A stretch of 61,656 nt of DNA, counting the filler, from Asterionella formosa (lineage: Eukaryota), in the NCBI GenBank assembly GCA_002256025.1. It is 24 parts of 24 records of this genome, joined end to end, with 100 filler letters (N's around TTAATTAATTAA, not from the genome) between each part and the next. Parts side by side here need not be neighbours in the genome. Positions count along the whole stretch, not along the records: positions 1 to 2,483 come from NKIB01015208.1; positions 2,584 to 5,064 come from NKIB01015209.1; positions 5,165 to 7,645 come from NKIB01015210.1; positions 7,746 to 10,225 come from NKIB01015211.1; positions 10,326 to 12,805 come from NKIB01015212.1; 19 more parts are not named here. One strand, written 5' to 3'. The notes beneath the pieces are model-generated. The model did not search any database. It was not told the origin of the DNA and saw only the letters and a program-made list of their open reading frames with translations. Shown piece by piece: positions 1 through 12,114 of the stretch (its first letter is position 1; every line of letters begins with the position of its first letter). Both the position numbers and the translations under genes were made by a program.

Positions 1-2
1 GT

Positions 3-2483
3 GAAGCGTGTTGCCAAAACAGTAATTATTGATGTGCTCTTGTCTTCCACACGAGTCACTGTAACATTAAAGGCACTCATGTTACCCAGATTTGATGATG
101 GGACAACCGAGGCATAGGAAATGGATTCAGTTCCACGCCACTTCAAGACAGTGGACTTTTCTTCACAGTCTAGATCAGAGATGCATATTTTGGAAATATC
201 TATGTCTCCTGATTCACCAAGCCATCCACGGCCAACCTTCACCGTTGCAGCAATGCCATCCAAAGGCTGAGAAGGAAGGGTGATGGTACGAGTGAAAAGA
301 AGAGTTGTAGCACTGGTTGACACAATGTTAGGATAGGAAACCGAATTATAGCGATACAAGTCAACTTTGGTGGGTTGATCAGTAATCGCAATATTGAAGG
401 AAAAGAAACGGAGAGCGGTGGAGCTACTCAGGTCAGGCACGGCAACTAAACCTTTCATCTTGGTTCCACTTGCGTAGGTGACTTCAACATAGTAGCTTGC
501 ACCACTGTACAGGGAAGCCACGAGAGTAAGATCAAGTGGATCTGGAAATTGGAAGGTATTCCCAGCACTGGAGCGCACCGGAGGGTAAATTTGGCAAGTT
601 TCTACCAATTTTCCCAGTGTTCCAATAAATGTAAGAACTGGAACACCAACCTTCACAGGTGGTAAAGCATATCTATCGACAAGAGAAGCAACTTGAGCAT
701 CTGTGACCTTATCATACTTGCGAGTTGCTTCATTGAACAAGTATGCTCCATCGCTTGGTACCCCAGAAGTCTTTGATGACAGTAGAACTGGCGATGCTTT
801 TGCCCAGTTTTGAGACTTCTGGGCATGGTATGCAGTGTACTGAGGGAAACATGTCTCTGAGTTGGGGTCTTCTCCGCCATTCATTGGATCATTCTTCCCC
901 TTGTTGGTATACGGGTTGTACCACGTACGAAATCTACGAGAGACCGTATCAAATCCCCAGGGATTAAATTTTGTATTGACTCCGTCCAAAGGATACTCAT
1001 CAGCGATACCCCAGCTCACCGAACTACCAGAGGTAAAGTGTGCCATCGTTTGTGAATGGCCAAGCTCATGGATTAATGCATTGCCACACTCGTCACCTGG
1101 TGCCATGGCACACCAGCCTGTCCAAGCGGCAGCAATCCAGCCATCCCAATAGCCCAAGTAATCCCAATACACGCTTCCGTCAGCTTGCTGACCAGTAAGT
1201 GACCAACCCATAAAGATTGAAGTTTGTGAAGCGTATGGAGTATTTGCGTTGTCAGTTGTTTCAGCAAAGCCCCTCCCTACGTTGGCCATGGAATGTCGAT
1301 ACGTTAACTGATTCTTCAAAACTTCCCACTGTGGCTCAGTTCCATAATTTGTTTGTCCTGCATCGATGAACGCCTGCCTCCTCTCTGCTTCACTGCGGAC
1401 AAGCCTTGCCCCGTTTGCTGTAGCAACAACTATGTATGGCAAGTGCCACAACTCAGAGTCAACCCAGCTAAGTGTCGCCAACGGCATTGCTGCAAACATT
1501 CCTGTTGCCAACTTTGAGGCACCATAAGTAAACGAGTCAAGACTAGCAATATCGGTGGAATTGCCAAAGATTGCCACCTTAGTTCGGATTAAAGTGTGCT
1601 CACCCCATTGAACCAAATAGCTTAGGGTGAGCGAGTGAGTCAGAATTTTGCCACTTAGCGTGTGATTGACAGAAATACGAAGTTGGTTTCCTTCCTTCAT
1701 CCAATTCCAAGGAATAGTGACACTCCACATATCAATCAAACTGTATGGATCAAGTTGCGATGTCACCAAAGACTGCTCCAAGAGCGGGCGTTGCAATGTT
1801 TGGTTGCGAACTGGCATTGTCCCTAGCAGCCCTCCCGACTGGTTGAAAACATCTAGCATGACAATGGCTGACTGGCTTGGGATGAATGCAAGCTTGGCAC
1901 TTGGACTGCGAGTGCTGTTTGTTCCTGTGTCGACCAAAGAGCCGTCCAAACTCCCACTGATCTGAACCTGACGGAGTCCCCACTTATTTGTTGTGCCAAA
2001 AACTCCATCAAACGTTCCTCCCCGCAAACGGATCGATACATATCGGGCAGCAGTCATGGGGATAGTAATTGTGACTTGTTGATTGAGGTTTTTTGCAGAT
2101 CCTCCATTAAACAAAGTCCAATCATTGCTTCCATCACGGCGTACGCCAATCTGGATCGACTGAACTTGAGTGTAGTACCAAATCTGGACCGCAACACCCT
2201 GGATGGCGCGCTGAGCCTGCAAATCAAAATTTATGTCGATATCGTTGATATTTCCAGGAATGTAATACTCTGTTGATGGTTCAATCAATCTCGCTTTGTT
2301 ACTTGGGTATCCACTGCCCCAAACATTGGAAGCGTTAGCAAGATCAACAGTAAAATTTCCAATCAACTCAAGACCAAAGACATGATTCACTGTTACAGTG
2401 GGAGCTGAGGACGGTGACACTGTTGGTTGGGCATCCAAAGTTGGGAAGAACAGCAGCTCTGCCTCACGCTCTGCAATGATCCT
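3..2483 (-). CDS. Peptidase M66 (StcE/TagA/dictomallein-like) zinc metalloprotease with an upstream discoidin/F5-8-like beta domain; partial at both ends
   Basis: Manual translation of the minus strand gives an uninterrupted frame of about 827 codons across the whole contig. It is absent from the ORF track because it has no stop in the window. Motifs in M66 order: WSVTIPWNWMKEG, zinc motif HELGHSQTMAH (1038-1070), PWGFD, Met-turn DPMNGG, FPQYTAY, GVPVLTFIG..QIYPP, FFSFNI. The upstream FDLQ..IQGVAVQ..ARYVSIR..WGLRQVQI resembles a discoidin/F5-8 fold. Confidence 0.8.
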
Positions 2484-2583
2484 NNNNNNNNNNNNNNNNN
2501 NNNNNNNNNNNNNNNNNNNNNNNNNNNTTAATTAATTAANNNNNNNNNNNNNNNNNNNNNNNNNNNNNNNNNNNNNNNNNNNN
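2484..2583. other. Artificial contig spacer (N run + TTAATTAATTAA + N run); first of 23, recurring every ~2.57 kb up to 59096-59195
   Basis: Identical 100-nt spacers carry stops in all six frames. Flanking sequences are unrelated and contigs are roughly sorted by decreasing length. Confidence 0.99.
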
Positions 2584-5064
2584 AAGGATTGGGGCGTTCG
2601 CTGGAACCTGACCTGAATTTGATAGATTTTGCTATTCCTTTCGTGCTCGGGCGTGCCATGGTCTAGTCTCAACACTATGACCGGGCTGCTGAGGCTTTAC
2701 AAATATTTCTTTTTGATGGGAGGAGCTACCAGGGTACTAGGAGTCATCGGAACCGTAGAAATCGTGGCCAATGCCCGTGACGGGTCATATCCTATTATGC
2801 TTGAAATGATTCCTACAGTATTTGCATGTTCAAATTAGATCATTCGGGAAGGTATGTTCTTCATCAATGCCGACAGGTTACCCCTCGATTATGACGTAGT
2901 TATACTAGCAGGAATTCCTGCCTAGAAGCATAACGCCATCAATATACCGGTAATTACACTACCGTACGGTATTTTATTACACCGGGAGGATCTGCCAGTA
3001 TTTTAAGTTGTTTCTTTGGGCATGGTGTATAATAGGAGAATACTGCGTGTGCCAAAGGTTGGTTGCAGAGTCATCAGAACCATAATATTCTAGGAGATGC
3101 CCGTAGTGGGTAATCACATTTTCTTTATCTGATTCCCTTTTGCATGTACAAACTAGAATAGAGAAGTCTTGTCCCTCATCAATTTGACAGGTTAAGACTA
3201 GATTACCTCTTTTATTGTGGAGTATGATACAATTGCAGCAAGTGCTGTCTGCGTACTTGACAGATTAGATAGAACATCGGTCGAGTACGTGTAAATATAA
3301 ACCGACGATAAATGATCAATTTTATTATATACAATTAATCAATCATAGGATTATATGAAAGAAAGTTCCGTGGTTCTATATGGACCTTTCAAGGAGTATA
3401 TATAAATATTGCTTGCCGCGGTAATCGAAGAATTGGATCGTTTCGTCAAGAATCAGCCAAATTGTCGTTCCAATGCGTCTATTCGCCTACATCGATTCAA
3501 TCCTATTTGAAAATTCTGCCAACGTAAGTGGTACTTGGCACCTTTTCTTTTGGAATTAGTCAAGCGATAATGGAAATGACCTCCCATTGTCAACAAGCCC
3601 GAATTGTCAAATCAGTCAAATTGTTGTTCCTTTGCGTCGATTCGTCGGCATCGATTCGATTCCCATTTGAATATTCCGAAATTCTAGATGGCATCTGTTC
3701 TTCTAGAATTAGTCAGCAGTCTTTGCAATGAATTATTACAAGCCCAAAACGTCACATGATGACTTCGCCTTTCGAAGCAAGCTCTATGTCATTTGTGTGT
3801 AACGAAATGGTCGATTTGGGTGAATACCGTGAACTGTTGAACACATTACGAACTAAAATGCCTTTGACTACAATGGGAACGGAGGTACCGGGTACTAATT
3901 CAATTACCCTTTCGATGAAAAATGACTCCACTTTAATATGACCTCCTATTCCCAGGATGATTAAATGTGGAGTTTGCGTTTTGTGCTGGTACAAGGTACC
4001 AGTACCTAACGTTTTGTGCTCTTTTGGTCTATTACCGGTATACAGACACTCAAATTAAACAAGTGGAGATTGCTTGCACATGAGGTCATTCTCAGTGCTA
4101 CCTGTATGTACTATCACGAGTCTTCTGCATTCTTGCTTTGAATTTTTATTGACATCCAAGGAACCGAAGGAATGTAGAAATCAACAGGCCCCACCATACA
4201 TAGAAAGGACGGTTTTCTCTCTGAGCACAAGTGAGCTATACTTCTCGTTCCTTGTACCAGGCACTTGGTGACACTCCGTTCGAATTATTACACCTACCGG
4301 TACTTATGTATCTACAGTGGCCGCCTTGCTTACTTGCTGACATTCCTGTAAACTTTCTTTCAATTCCTACTACCTGCTTCCTACTACCTGCAGGGTACTA
4401 TCGATGCATGGTAAAGATGATGCATTGTCATCACAAAAGACATTATGACCTCGTCAAAAGGTCGTACCACCGGGGAAATTCACAGCTTTCACAGCCGCCA
4501 TTCTGCCACGGCATCATGAAAATGTGATCCTCAGACCTGTGTCAGCCTAAGAATAAGTATTCTTGGTAATTAATCGTTTTGTGCTATCTTGCAAGTTCAG
4601 ATGCCAGGTTTGACAAAACCTTGTTCCAATCACGGACTAAAAGGAGGCACTTGATGGCATCGGAAAAACTACTCTGTGAAGTCTTTCTCTGAGGGCAATT
4701 AATAACCATTTCACGGTAGAAAAATGCATGGTTATCAATTCACTGTATATTTCGTAAAATAATTTATGTAATACCGGTACTCCACTCGCGTGTAATCGAT
4801 CTCCCGATTAATAATGTGGTGACTTGGATAAACGAAGGATCATAATTCTAATTTTGAACGAAACATCGTCAAACCATTATTGTGAACGAAACAAAACTAT
4901 CGAATTTTCAAAAAAAAATCAACTAAGAATGACTAAACCAATTTCCCAATCAGCTACCGTCAACGATACATCAAGAAGCTCCAAAAAGCGAAGCGCCTCT
5001 GTCAGTGTTGATCCAGTAGCACTTCTCAACGATGTCGGCATTTCGCACTTGCAAAGCGGGAAGT
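2584..5064 (+). repeat. Contig near-identical to 51503-53967 (allelic haplotype or recent duplicate)
   Basis: Same first bases (aaggattggggcgttcg) and last bases (gcaaagcgggaagt); colinear, with scattered SNPs and small indels. Confidence 0.97.
4929..5064 (+). CDS. 5' end of a hypothetical protein, possibly TPR-like
   Basis: ATG ORF MTKPISQS...ALLNDVGISHLQSGK runs off the contig. It is conserved in the second copy (53832-53967) with only a synonymous change. LNxxGxxxL resembles a TPR-like helix. Confidence 0.5.
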
Positions 5065-5164
5065 NNNNNNNNNNNNNNNNNNNNNNNNNNNNNNNNNNNN
5101 NNNNNNNNTTAATTAATTAANNNNNNNNNNNNNNNNNNNNNNNNNNNNNNNNNNNNNNNNNNNN

Positions 5165-6827
5165 TGATACCTTTTGCTTCAGCAATTGCCACCCTGTTCT
5201 TTTCATTCAAAGCCAAGTTCTGAAGTGCTGCACATCCATAGTGTTGCATATTGATATTAAATGGATGACTTTCCATCCGAGACACAATCATAGCAGTACC
5301 TCCTTCATCATTAATCATCACCTGGTTGTTGTCATTCTCAGCCAATTTCCAAAGTGCTGCACAACCATACTCTTGCACATCCGCCCTGGAGGAATGAGTT
5401 ATCATAGCTTCAAGAATTGTAGTGATACCTCCTGCTTTGGCAATTGCCATCCTGTTCTTGTCATAATTCACAGCCAAATTCTGAAGTGTTGCACAACCAT
5501 TTTGTTGCACATCGGCATTACTCGGATGAGTCTTCATAGCAGAAAGAATCATTGCGATACCTCCTGCATCAGCAATTGCCACGCCAACGTCCTGAAGTTT
5601 ACTAATGATATCCGCCCAACAACGATGGCGCTCTTCTGGATTTCTCTTCAGCAACCTTATAAGCAGAGGTTTCATGGGATTCCAGTCATTGTTGTCCCGC
5701 ACATAGGTATCGACCTTTTTAACACAATCTCTGTCACTCCAATTTACTATTTTGCTTAGCTCATCCAGCTCCACTTCTTCACGAACATCCATAACAAAAA
5801 GTTGTTTACCAGTGCAGAGATAATAAAGAAGGACTCCAAAGCACCACATGTCATATTCATGACTGGCTTGAACTTTCGGAGGACTCTCACCATGTTCCTT
5901 GTTTAGCTTATGGTACTCAACAGCAGCCTGTTCGGGAGGCAAGTATCCAGAGCTTGTTTGCTTCTGACCAGCATCTTCCAAGCCAATTAATGCCGCATTG
6001 TCAAGATCGATTGCAGCATATCCAACACCCTCACCACAAGACACAAAATTTCGAGCCTTCACATCTCCGTGCATAACATTACACTCTTCATTAAGAAACT
6101 TAAGGCACTTGGCAATTTGGATTGCAATGTAACGCACTGCATGCACGTCCTTGCCTGCAATGTTTTGACGTGATATAACATCACTGAGGTCATTCTTATT
6201 CCCACAATCCATGACTAGGAGATGATTGAATTCAATGTCTCCTTGTTTCCATTCGATTGTCTGGTTACAGTCAAACTTAGTATGCGGATAAGCAGATGCA
6301 TTCAGCCCTTTCTTGCTGTCTGTATATGCAGCTCTCACAGCAATTACAAATTGGGTTGCACCAACTTTGCTCCTGATAAAGTCCCGCTTTTCCAATTCAC
6401 GCAGGAAGGCGGAACTGACTTTGAAGAACTTGAGAGCTACATTGGTTTCTTTCCTGTTTTCAGATTTATCATTAAATTCTGTTCCAAAATAAACGACACA
6501 GCTATCTGACAAATGCTTCTTCTCCTGTATTTGATATTTTCCAAGAAACCTTCCGTATTTCTCACCCCACTCTCTGAGCTTGGGATGTGTGGACAACTTT
6601 GCCCTATCAGCAACCTTTTGCCATGTTTCTTTTTTAACTTGAGCAATGGACTGAAACGACGCTACTTTCGTTGCGCTATGTTTACAGATTGAGATTTCCA
6701 GCTGATCTTGTTCTTTGGACCCTCTCAGCTGTTCCTCTATCTGGAAGAATATATTGGCCGCATCAGCCGTTCCAAGATCCATCAAGATTTCCAAAACAGT
6801 CCAGGTAGTTATTGGTTCATGATTCAA
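5165..6827 (-). CDS. Ser/Thr protein kinase fused to armadillo repeats (3' partial)
   Basis: VALK, HGDVKARN, IDLD in place of DFG, GYLPPE, DMWCFG, then at least three ARM repeats (GGI..IL.AM..H...A.VQ..GC.AL..LA). The track start is TTG; the first in-frame ATG is at 6782. Confidence 0.9.
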
Positions 6828-7049
6828 ATCGAGGAGTGGGAGAGTCCTGCTTCGATCAAATTCATTGATGTTGGAGAAATTATTTTAGGAAAGAAAATCC
6901 CGGTATAAATTACCTACTACATATTGAATCGAATGAATCAAGAAAGAATATGGTACCAGAGAATTCGAAAACAATCTACGCCAACAGTAAAAACCCATAA
7001 TTCTATTAAAACTCTTAGGAACGATTACAATCGATCACGGAGACATCGT

Positions 7050-7645
7050 TGTTATATCTACAGCCTATTTGGTCCCTGACGTGTCCTTACAGGATACAAG
7101 AAAGCATAGAGTGCTTCGGGACGCAATTTCAACAGTTTTAATAGAATTAGCCGGCCAGGAAGAGCCATGATACCACAATCAACAACAAGCGGACAATTGA
7201 GAGTCCGGAGACAAGATCTGAGGGTACCAGACCATCCAGAGTCTGAAGAAGTCGCACAGGGCGCATCATGAGTGGCAAAGGAAAGTTTACCAAGAAGGCT
7301 CAAGCCAAGGGCAAGTTTCAAGCCAAGGGAGGGAGCAACATTGCTTCTCAATCAATCAAGAAGTCAGTCAATGACTATAACTACTACCTCGGATCATCGA
7401 AGCAGGCATCTGATTATGAGACTACTACTGAGTACCTCATCAATCATATCAAGAAAGTGTTCGACTATGGCAACGACATAGGAACCGCGCTCGAGTTATT
7501 AGAACCAATGAGCACATTGGCATGGAAGCCAAGAATGCAAGTGAGCATTGCAACAACAGAAGAAGATCGCGCTGCAGAGAATCGACAATATGAGATTGAG
7601 TTCAAGGCTGACTATGACACCTACAGTAAAAGGGTACAGGCCTAC
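7050..7645 (+). mobile_element. 5' end of a diatom CoDi-type Copia LTR retrotransposon: putative short LTR (~7050-7187) plus gag N-terminus (7268 onward)
   Basis: ORF with YYLGSSKQASDYETTTEYLINHIK..YGNDIG resembles diatom Copia gag. It is preceded by a TGTT...AACA-bounded segment; the LTR limits are inferred. Confidence 0.6.
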
Positions 7646-7745
7646 NNNNNNNNNNNNNNNNNNNNNNNNNNNNNNNNNNNNNNNNNNNNTTAATTAATTA
7701 ANNNNNNNNNNNNNNNNNNNNNNNNNNNNNNNNNNNNNNNNNNNN

Positions 7746-10225
7746 ATATTGACAATGATCAGGTTATCACATCTTCCCCAGTTTATCACACAGGCATGGT
7801 CGCTTTTGTTGCTCATATTTGTGATTCACACAAGGTTGTTGATGACTTAGCTCTGATAAACTCTGATCCCACTGAAGTTCTTACACATATCTCTTCCTCT
7901 CTACCGCACTCCTCCACTTCCTCATCCACCACTGGTCTGGAATTTGCTGCAAACCTCCACAAAGGTGAAACTTTGATGCATGTGGACACTGGAGCAAATG
8001 GGAATGTCACTTGCATGAGCAACGAATTACAGAATGTTGTGAGCTCCACTGTTTTATGCCAGACTGCTAAACTTGGTGACGCCAATAAAGTTGGATACAT
8101 GGGCACACTTTATCCATGTTTCATTTCATCAGATAGAACTGTTGAACTGGAGGTATCACTTCCCAACACAGTGGAAATGCCACACTATTGGCGGCGCTCC
8201 CTCAGTATTCATGCTCTCAAACGCCTAGGCTATGAGGCTGATCATCAACTTCGTCCCACAGGTAACCTGTTATGGTTAAAACTTCCCAACGGGAAAGAAT
8301 ATTCTTTCAAGTTATTGACCTTTGATGATGCAGACTACATCATTGTCCATTTACATAAACCGTCTTTAGGGATTACCACCTCTGCTATTGACCTTATCAA
8401 AACCATGAAACCATCAGGACTTTATCATCTCATTCATCTTCGAATGGGCTGCCCAGGCCGGCGTGCTATGGAATTATTGCTCAATGGAACAAGCGTTATG
8501 GGTCTCCCTTTGAATGTCCCTATACCAGACACATTCTCCTGTCCAATCTGTTTCAAAGAAAAACTGCCCTCCTTATCCAGAGGTCCTACTGTTGAATCTC
8601 CTTTCAAGGTTCTTGGAAGTCTTATCCATATGGATTTTGGATTCTATGGTAAACAATCCTGCCGTGGATTCAAATGCTTTTTAGTAGTCACAGAGGCAAT
8701 CTCTAATCATCGTTGGACATTCTGTCGTCAATCACACACTACACCAGCAAAACTCATCCTTTGGATCATCCAACACTTGCAGATCCGGACTGGCAACCGT
8801 GTGTGCCGTATCCGTATGGATGGGGAATTATTTGCTAACCACACGCTCAAGACCGAGTTGTCTCTGCTGCACATCTCGGTGGAGCCCACTGGCGCGTACT
8901 CATCCTCGCAAAACGGAAAAGCTGAGGTCTCCATTAAACTTATTGGACTCATGGCTCAATGTCTCTTATATGGACCCGCTTCTCGAGAATGGGGAGAACA
9001 TGATGATAAAGTGCTCTGTGGACAACTGGGCCTAATCAAAAATCGCGCAGATCAATGCATCTACCAAGGTACAATTAATCAATGTCATGTCATCTTAGCC
9101 AGAGCCACTGATGATATTTTGATAGGAACTTCATCACTGGATACATACAACCATATTGTTACTACTCTTGAATCTCACTGGAAGATACACAATATGGGGC
9201 AAGTCTCTCATTTTTTTGGTCTCAGATTCCTGTTTAGTTCCAATTGTATGACAATTGACCAAATTCATATGGTTCATGACGTTCTTCAATATGTTTATGG
9301 TTTGTCCTGGGATAAACAAGAACCAACATGATTCCTATGCTCAGGTGGCGTACAACATGAAGAAGCACTTGCTAGTTGTATACCATATTCTCCAAGTGAA
9401 CTTCATAAAGCGATTCATCTTTATGGCTTTGAATATAGGACGTTGTTGGGGCAATTTCAACACCTATGCCAATGGACCAGGCTTGATATACAAACAGCAG
9501 TACAAAGGCTGGCTCAATATCAAAATGCTCCTGGATCATTACATTTTGATGCGTTACTACAAATTGCAAAACACCTCCGTCAATATCTGGATATTCCACT
9601 TGCATTCAACAGAAAAGTATCTAGGGGTTCCACGGTTTCGGTTTCACATATCAGTCAAGCTGCTCCGTGGCTGGGTGAACCTACTGTCATCAGCGTTGAA
9701 GCTCACCAATTTGACAAAGATCAAACTTTCTGGCATATGCCCCGTATTATGACTAGTCTGATCTCCACTTCATCAGTATCTACCTCATTATCATCCACGC
9801 TTCAAGAACAGAAACATTTTTCTAATATCAGCAAACCTCTTCTTGGAATAGCACCTACCACCAAAGGCTATGCGGATGCTAACTTTGGAGGTGCCATATT
9901 TGACCGGTTAGCATATTCTGGTGGTGTCATTATGATTAATGATACTGCAGTAATTACATTGTGCCGCAAACAAAGTACAACAGCATACAATACTACTGAA
10001 GCAGAACTTGATGCAGCCACCACCTTATCTAAACATGTTTTGTGGCTACGCATTTACATGGAGGATATGTCAATTCCTTATCATGATGCTATCTCCATTG
10101 GAGAAGACAATTCTGCTGCACAAATCATTGCGCATGCGGGTGAATTAACACGCAATGTCCGTCATATTGCTACAAAAACGCAGGCTTTGCAAGAAAATTT
10201 CTGTCATGGCAGAGCCCATTTTACC
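7746..10225 (+). mobile_element. Degenerate Ty1/Copia pol (PR-IN-partial RT-RNase H) with an internal deletion and a frameshift
   Basis: Protease DTGAN, pre-integrase HLRMGC..C..C, integrase HMDFG/RMDGE/NGKAE. Abrupt jump near 8975 to RT DQCIY..RATDDIL. Frameshift near 9330. RNase H YADANF..TEAEL..EDNSAA. Confidence 0.9.
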
Positions 10226-10617
10226 NNNNNNNNNNNNNNNNNNNNNNNNNNNNNNNNNNNNNNNNNNNNTTAATTAATTAANNNNNNNNNNNNNNNNNNN
10301 NNNNNNNNNNNNNNNNNNNNNNNNNATTACCCCTCCTTTGGTTTCTGAGCTTGCTTTCGAAGTCAACACTGCTCAAACCAATCTTCTGTTGTGCGTAAGG
10401 TTGCTTTTGATGTCGTCAGCAGATTTGGCAAAATGAAAACAATGTTTTCTAACTCTTTTCAACTGCCGGGGTATATTTGTATATATGTGTGGGTGTGCAA
10501 AATGGGTTGCTCTCTCGGTTCCATCCCAGGCTACAGCGTGTATTCAAAGAACAGTTGGATGTTGTTCGCTTGTGACGAGAGAAAGTGGTTCCCAGGTAAC
10601 AGGTCGCGCTGGCAACC

Positions 10618-12114
10618 ATGGTGTTCCTACGCCTTTTCCAACAGATCTCCATCGTCCTTTTTCCATGGTTGCCCTTTTCTCTCTCGCAGAAACCGCATAT
10701 TCTCATCATAGTCTTGGATGACCTTGGATCACACGACCTTGGCCTCCACGGAACTGGCATCAGCACGGATGGTATTGACGATTTGGCCAGCCGTGGTCTT
10801 TACCTGAAGAACTACTACGTGCTTCCTTCGTGTTCGCCCACACGAGCTGCCATAATGTCTGGAAGGTATCCCATACACACAGGAATTCATAACTGGATTT
10901 CCCCGCACAGCACAATTGGGCTGCCATTGGACGAAGAGACTCTACCGACAGTACTGCGCAAGGCCGGGTATACTGCCCACGCAGTGGGAAAGTGGCATCT
11001 GGGCCATTCGTCCTACGATCAAACACCCACCTTCCGAGGGTTTGAATCTTTTTTCGGGTTTTATTTGGGAGGCCAAGATTATGTGTCTCATGTTGATGAT
11101 GACGGAGGCTACGACATGAGGTTTGACAAGGTAGAATATTGCGGAGACAATTGTTCTCACATCGTCGACGAACGAGGCAACTACAGCACTCATGTATTTA
11201 CACGGGAGGCCATTCGAGTCATTCAACAACACAGCACCAGCAACGATGATAGCCCGCTGTTTCTATACTTGGCATACCAAGCGGTCCATGCTCCCGATGA
11301 AGTGCCACCACACTACATTGAACCCTATCTGGACAAGAATTGGACGGCACTTCGAAAGACTTACGCCGGCATGTTGTCGGCTGCCGACGAGGGAATACGT
11401 AACGTCACTCAAGCATTGAAGGATTCCAATTTATGGGATGATACACTGATTATCTTTACGACCGACAATGGTGGGCCGACGGACACATGCGCGGTACAGG
11501 GATCATCCAACTACCCCAGAAGAGGAGGTAAATGTTCGTGCTGGGAAGGTGGCACAAGGGGGGATGGATTCTTGAGTGGACCGGCTTTGAAAAATCTGGG
11601 AGTGTTTCCTGGAAATCTTGAAAGTTTGTTCCACGTTGTAGATTGGTTGCCGACCTTGGCGGGCATTGTCAATGCGACACCAAATGGTAAACCGTTGGAC
11701 GGGGTCAATCAACTGTCTACTCTTCAAGGGCGTGGTAAACCAGCCCGAACTGAACTCTTTGTTGGGTACGGAGTTGATTTGATGGGAATCTGGAGTGGCC
11801 CCGCGATTAGATTTAAGCAATGGAAGTTGCTCGAAGAAGGGTATCGTGGACCACCTGATAGACATCACAACATCACTGCAAAATATCATTTGTACGACAT
11901 CGACAGAGATTCATCCGAAGATTTTGATATTGCTCCTTCGCGTCCACAACTCGTTTCATGGCTCAAAGCCAAATTGGATCACTACAAGTCGACGATGATT
12001 CCACTACCCAAGGATAATCCGACGTGCCCTTGGCATCTAACCAATACTAGTGCCTTTGGGCCAGCATGGATTCCGTGGTGCGATGGTGCGAGCATGGTTG
12101 TTGTTTACGAGTAA
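10618..12114 (+). CDS. Family S1 sulfatase, arylsulfatase B-like, probably secreted or lysosomal
   Basis: Hydrophobic N-terminus, PHIL..LDDLG, formylglycine motif CSPTR, GKWHLG, TDNGG, RGGK..WEGG, HVVDWLPT. Intronless, 498 aa. Confidence 0.95.
   Translation: MVFLRLFQQISIVLFPWLPFSLSQKPHILIIVLDDLGSHDLGLHGTGISTDGIDDLASRGLYLKNYYVLPSCSPTRAAIMSGRYPIHTGIHNWISPHSTIGLPLDEETLPTVLRKAGYTAHAVGKWHLGHSSYDQTPTFRGFESFFGFYLGGQDYVSHVDDDGGYDMRFDKVEYCGDNCSHIVDERGNYSTHVFTREAIRVIQQHSTSNDDSPLFLYLAYQAVHAPDEVPPHYIEPYLDKNWTALRKTYAGMLSAADEGIRNVTQALKDSNLWDDTLIIFTTDNGGPTDTCAVQGSSNYPRRGGKCSCWEGGTRGDGFLSGPALKNLGVFPGNLESLFHVVDWLPTLAGIVNATPNGKPLDGVNQLSTLQGRGKPARTELFVGYGVDLMGIWSGPAIRFKQWKLLEEGYRGPPDRHHNITAKYHLYDIDRDSSEDFDIAPSRPQLVSWLKAKLDHYKSTMIPLPKDNPTCPWHLTNTSAFGPAWIPWCDGASMVVVYE

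Noticed and set aside
92..2276. Ten short ORFs listed by the track in contig 1
   Set aside because: Shadows of the long minus-strand M66 frame.
2584..5064. Long-range segmental duplication or giant direct repeat with 51503-53967
   Set aside because: They are separate contigs with identical end points, the signature of an assembly bubble between alleles; their spacing in this window is meaningless.
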